From Fonticula-like sp. SCN 57-25 (taxonomy: Eukaryota), in NCBI GenBank assembly GCA_001724245.1, contig MEDX01000005.1, positions 52,655 through 72,654 on the forward strand: DNA of 20,000 nucleotides, given 5' to 3'. The position numbers and the translations under genes are program-made. Numbering within the stretch: position 1 is the stretch's first letter; each line of letters starts with the position of its first letter. Shown in pieces: positions 19,227 through 20,000 of this stretch. The notes below the pieces were generated by a model. That model saw only the letters and a program-made list of their open reading frames with translations. It searched no databases and was not told the origin of the DNA.

Positions 19227-19878
19227 GGCTGCGTTGAATGCAAACTGCAAACTGCCAACATGATGATGCAATATGGGTGGGTCAAAAGTGCTGCTGGCCG
19301 TGGCAGCACTGCACTTTTGCCTGACCGGACAAAAAGTGCCTCAAAAATAAAAGTCCACAATCAAAACCCATTTTAGAGGGGAATTGACGCCTCAAGTCGA
19401 ATGCGGAACTGTTCAAGCGGTCCGCATTTTGCCACAAAACAGATTCAACCCCCCCATAAAATATCTTTCTGATTCAAACATGATTTTTTAGAGGGATTCG
19501 GGGGTGATGGTGGAAGTGAAAGTCGGGGGTGTCTGGGGCAGACAACGCTAGGCCGCAGCGGTCGGTCGAGGATTCCCCCGCATTATTGGAGGATACTACG
19601 GGACTGAGCGGTATAGGACGATTTAGAAGCCTCTGTTGCGCCAACCTACGAATGGCTCACGCAAATGGCCGTCTTTTGAATGCAGGAGAGGACTTGCAAC
19701 ATTGATACCTCATAACGAGGGTACAAAGTGCACTATACAATCAATATCACTTGGATCCTTACAAACGAACATATCCATATTGCAAAACATCATTATCACA
19801 GGGCTGTGGCAACACTGAGCATTTGGCCCGAAGGAGCCTCAAAATTAATACTGTTTTCTTTCCCTTGACACGTCGACC

Positions 19879-20000
19879 ATGGCAGCACGCCTGCGCGTGT
19901 ACTGGGCAGGAGATGCTGAAGGCAACGCCAAATTTGACATCGACGACACTTGGGATGACGTCCGCAGGTACATTAACGACAACTGTTTCGGCGACGGAAA
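19879..20000 (+). CDS. 5' end of an unidentified ORF running off the window
   Basis: ACCATGG start context. The open frame reads MAARLRVYWAGDAEGNAKFDIDDTWDDVRRYINDNCFGDG with coding-like codon usage. Confidence 0.55.
   Translation, partial: MAARLRVYWAGDAEGNAKFDIDDTWDDVRRYINDNCFGDG

Noticed and set aside
19227..19360. Longer N-terminus of the methyltransferase as in the ORF track
   Set aside because: ATG 19226 plus intron 19147-19207 (GTGCGC...TTGAC...TAG) gives a cleaner model, and the upstream stretch looks non-coding.
1..20000. CRISPR arrays, tRNA or rRNA genes
   Set aside because: No repeat-spacer periodicity, cloverleaf or rRNA-like sequence was recognised.

Overview
This is a gene-dense, GC-rich eukaryotic window with many short spliceosomal introns (mostly 38-68 nt). 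The Bud6/Aip3 and Ten1 homologues and CTRAY branch points suggest an early-diverging fungus or close relative (inference). Housekeeping genes reconstructed by hand: the 3' part of a HECT E3 ligase, a D-2-hydroxyglutarate/D-lactate dehydrogenase (DLD2/D2HGDH) head-to-head with TEN1, a Bud6/Aip3-like actin regulator, a bZIP factor divergent from ORC1, a small membrane protein head-to-head with NDUFAF3, a METTL21-like methyltransferase, and an ORF start at the right edge. Positions ~3.7-7.9 kb form a gene-poor island with Ty3/gypsy relics, a branched hairpin and a three-copy diverged repeat. It is followed by an intronless trypsin-like protease split by a frameshift in an A12 run. The most notable signals are near-exclusive GTRCG splice donors (no +4A in 19 introns), the homopolymer-split protease, an ORC1 with no recognisable BAH domain, and an extra ubiquitin/RA-like N-terminus on Bud6. 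I found no clearly new multi-gene system. All identifications come from motif recognition, not database searches.
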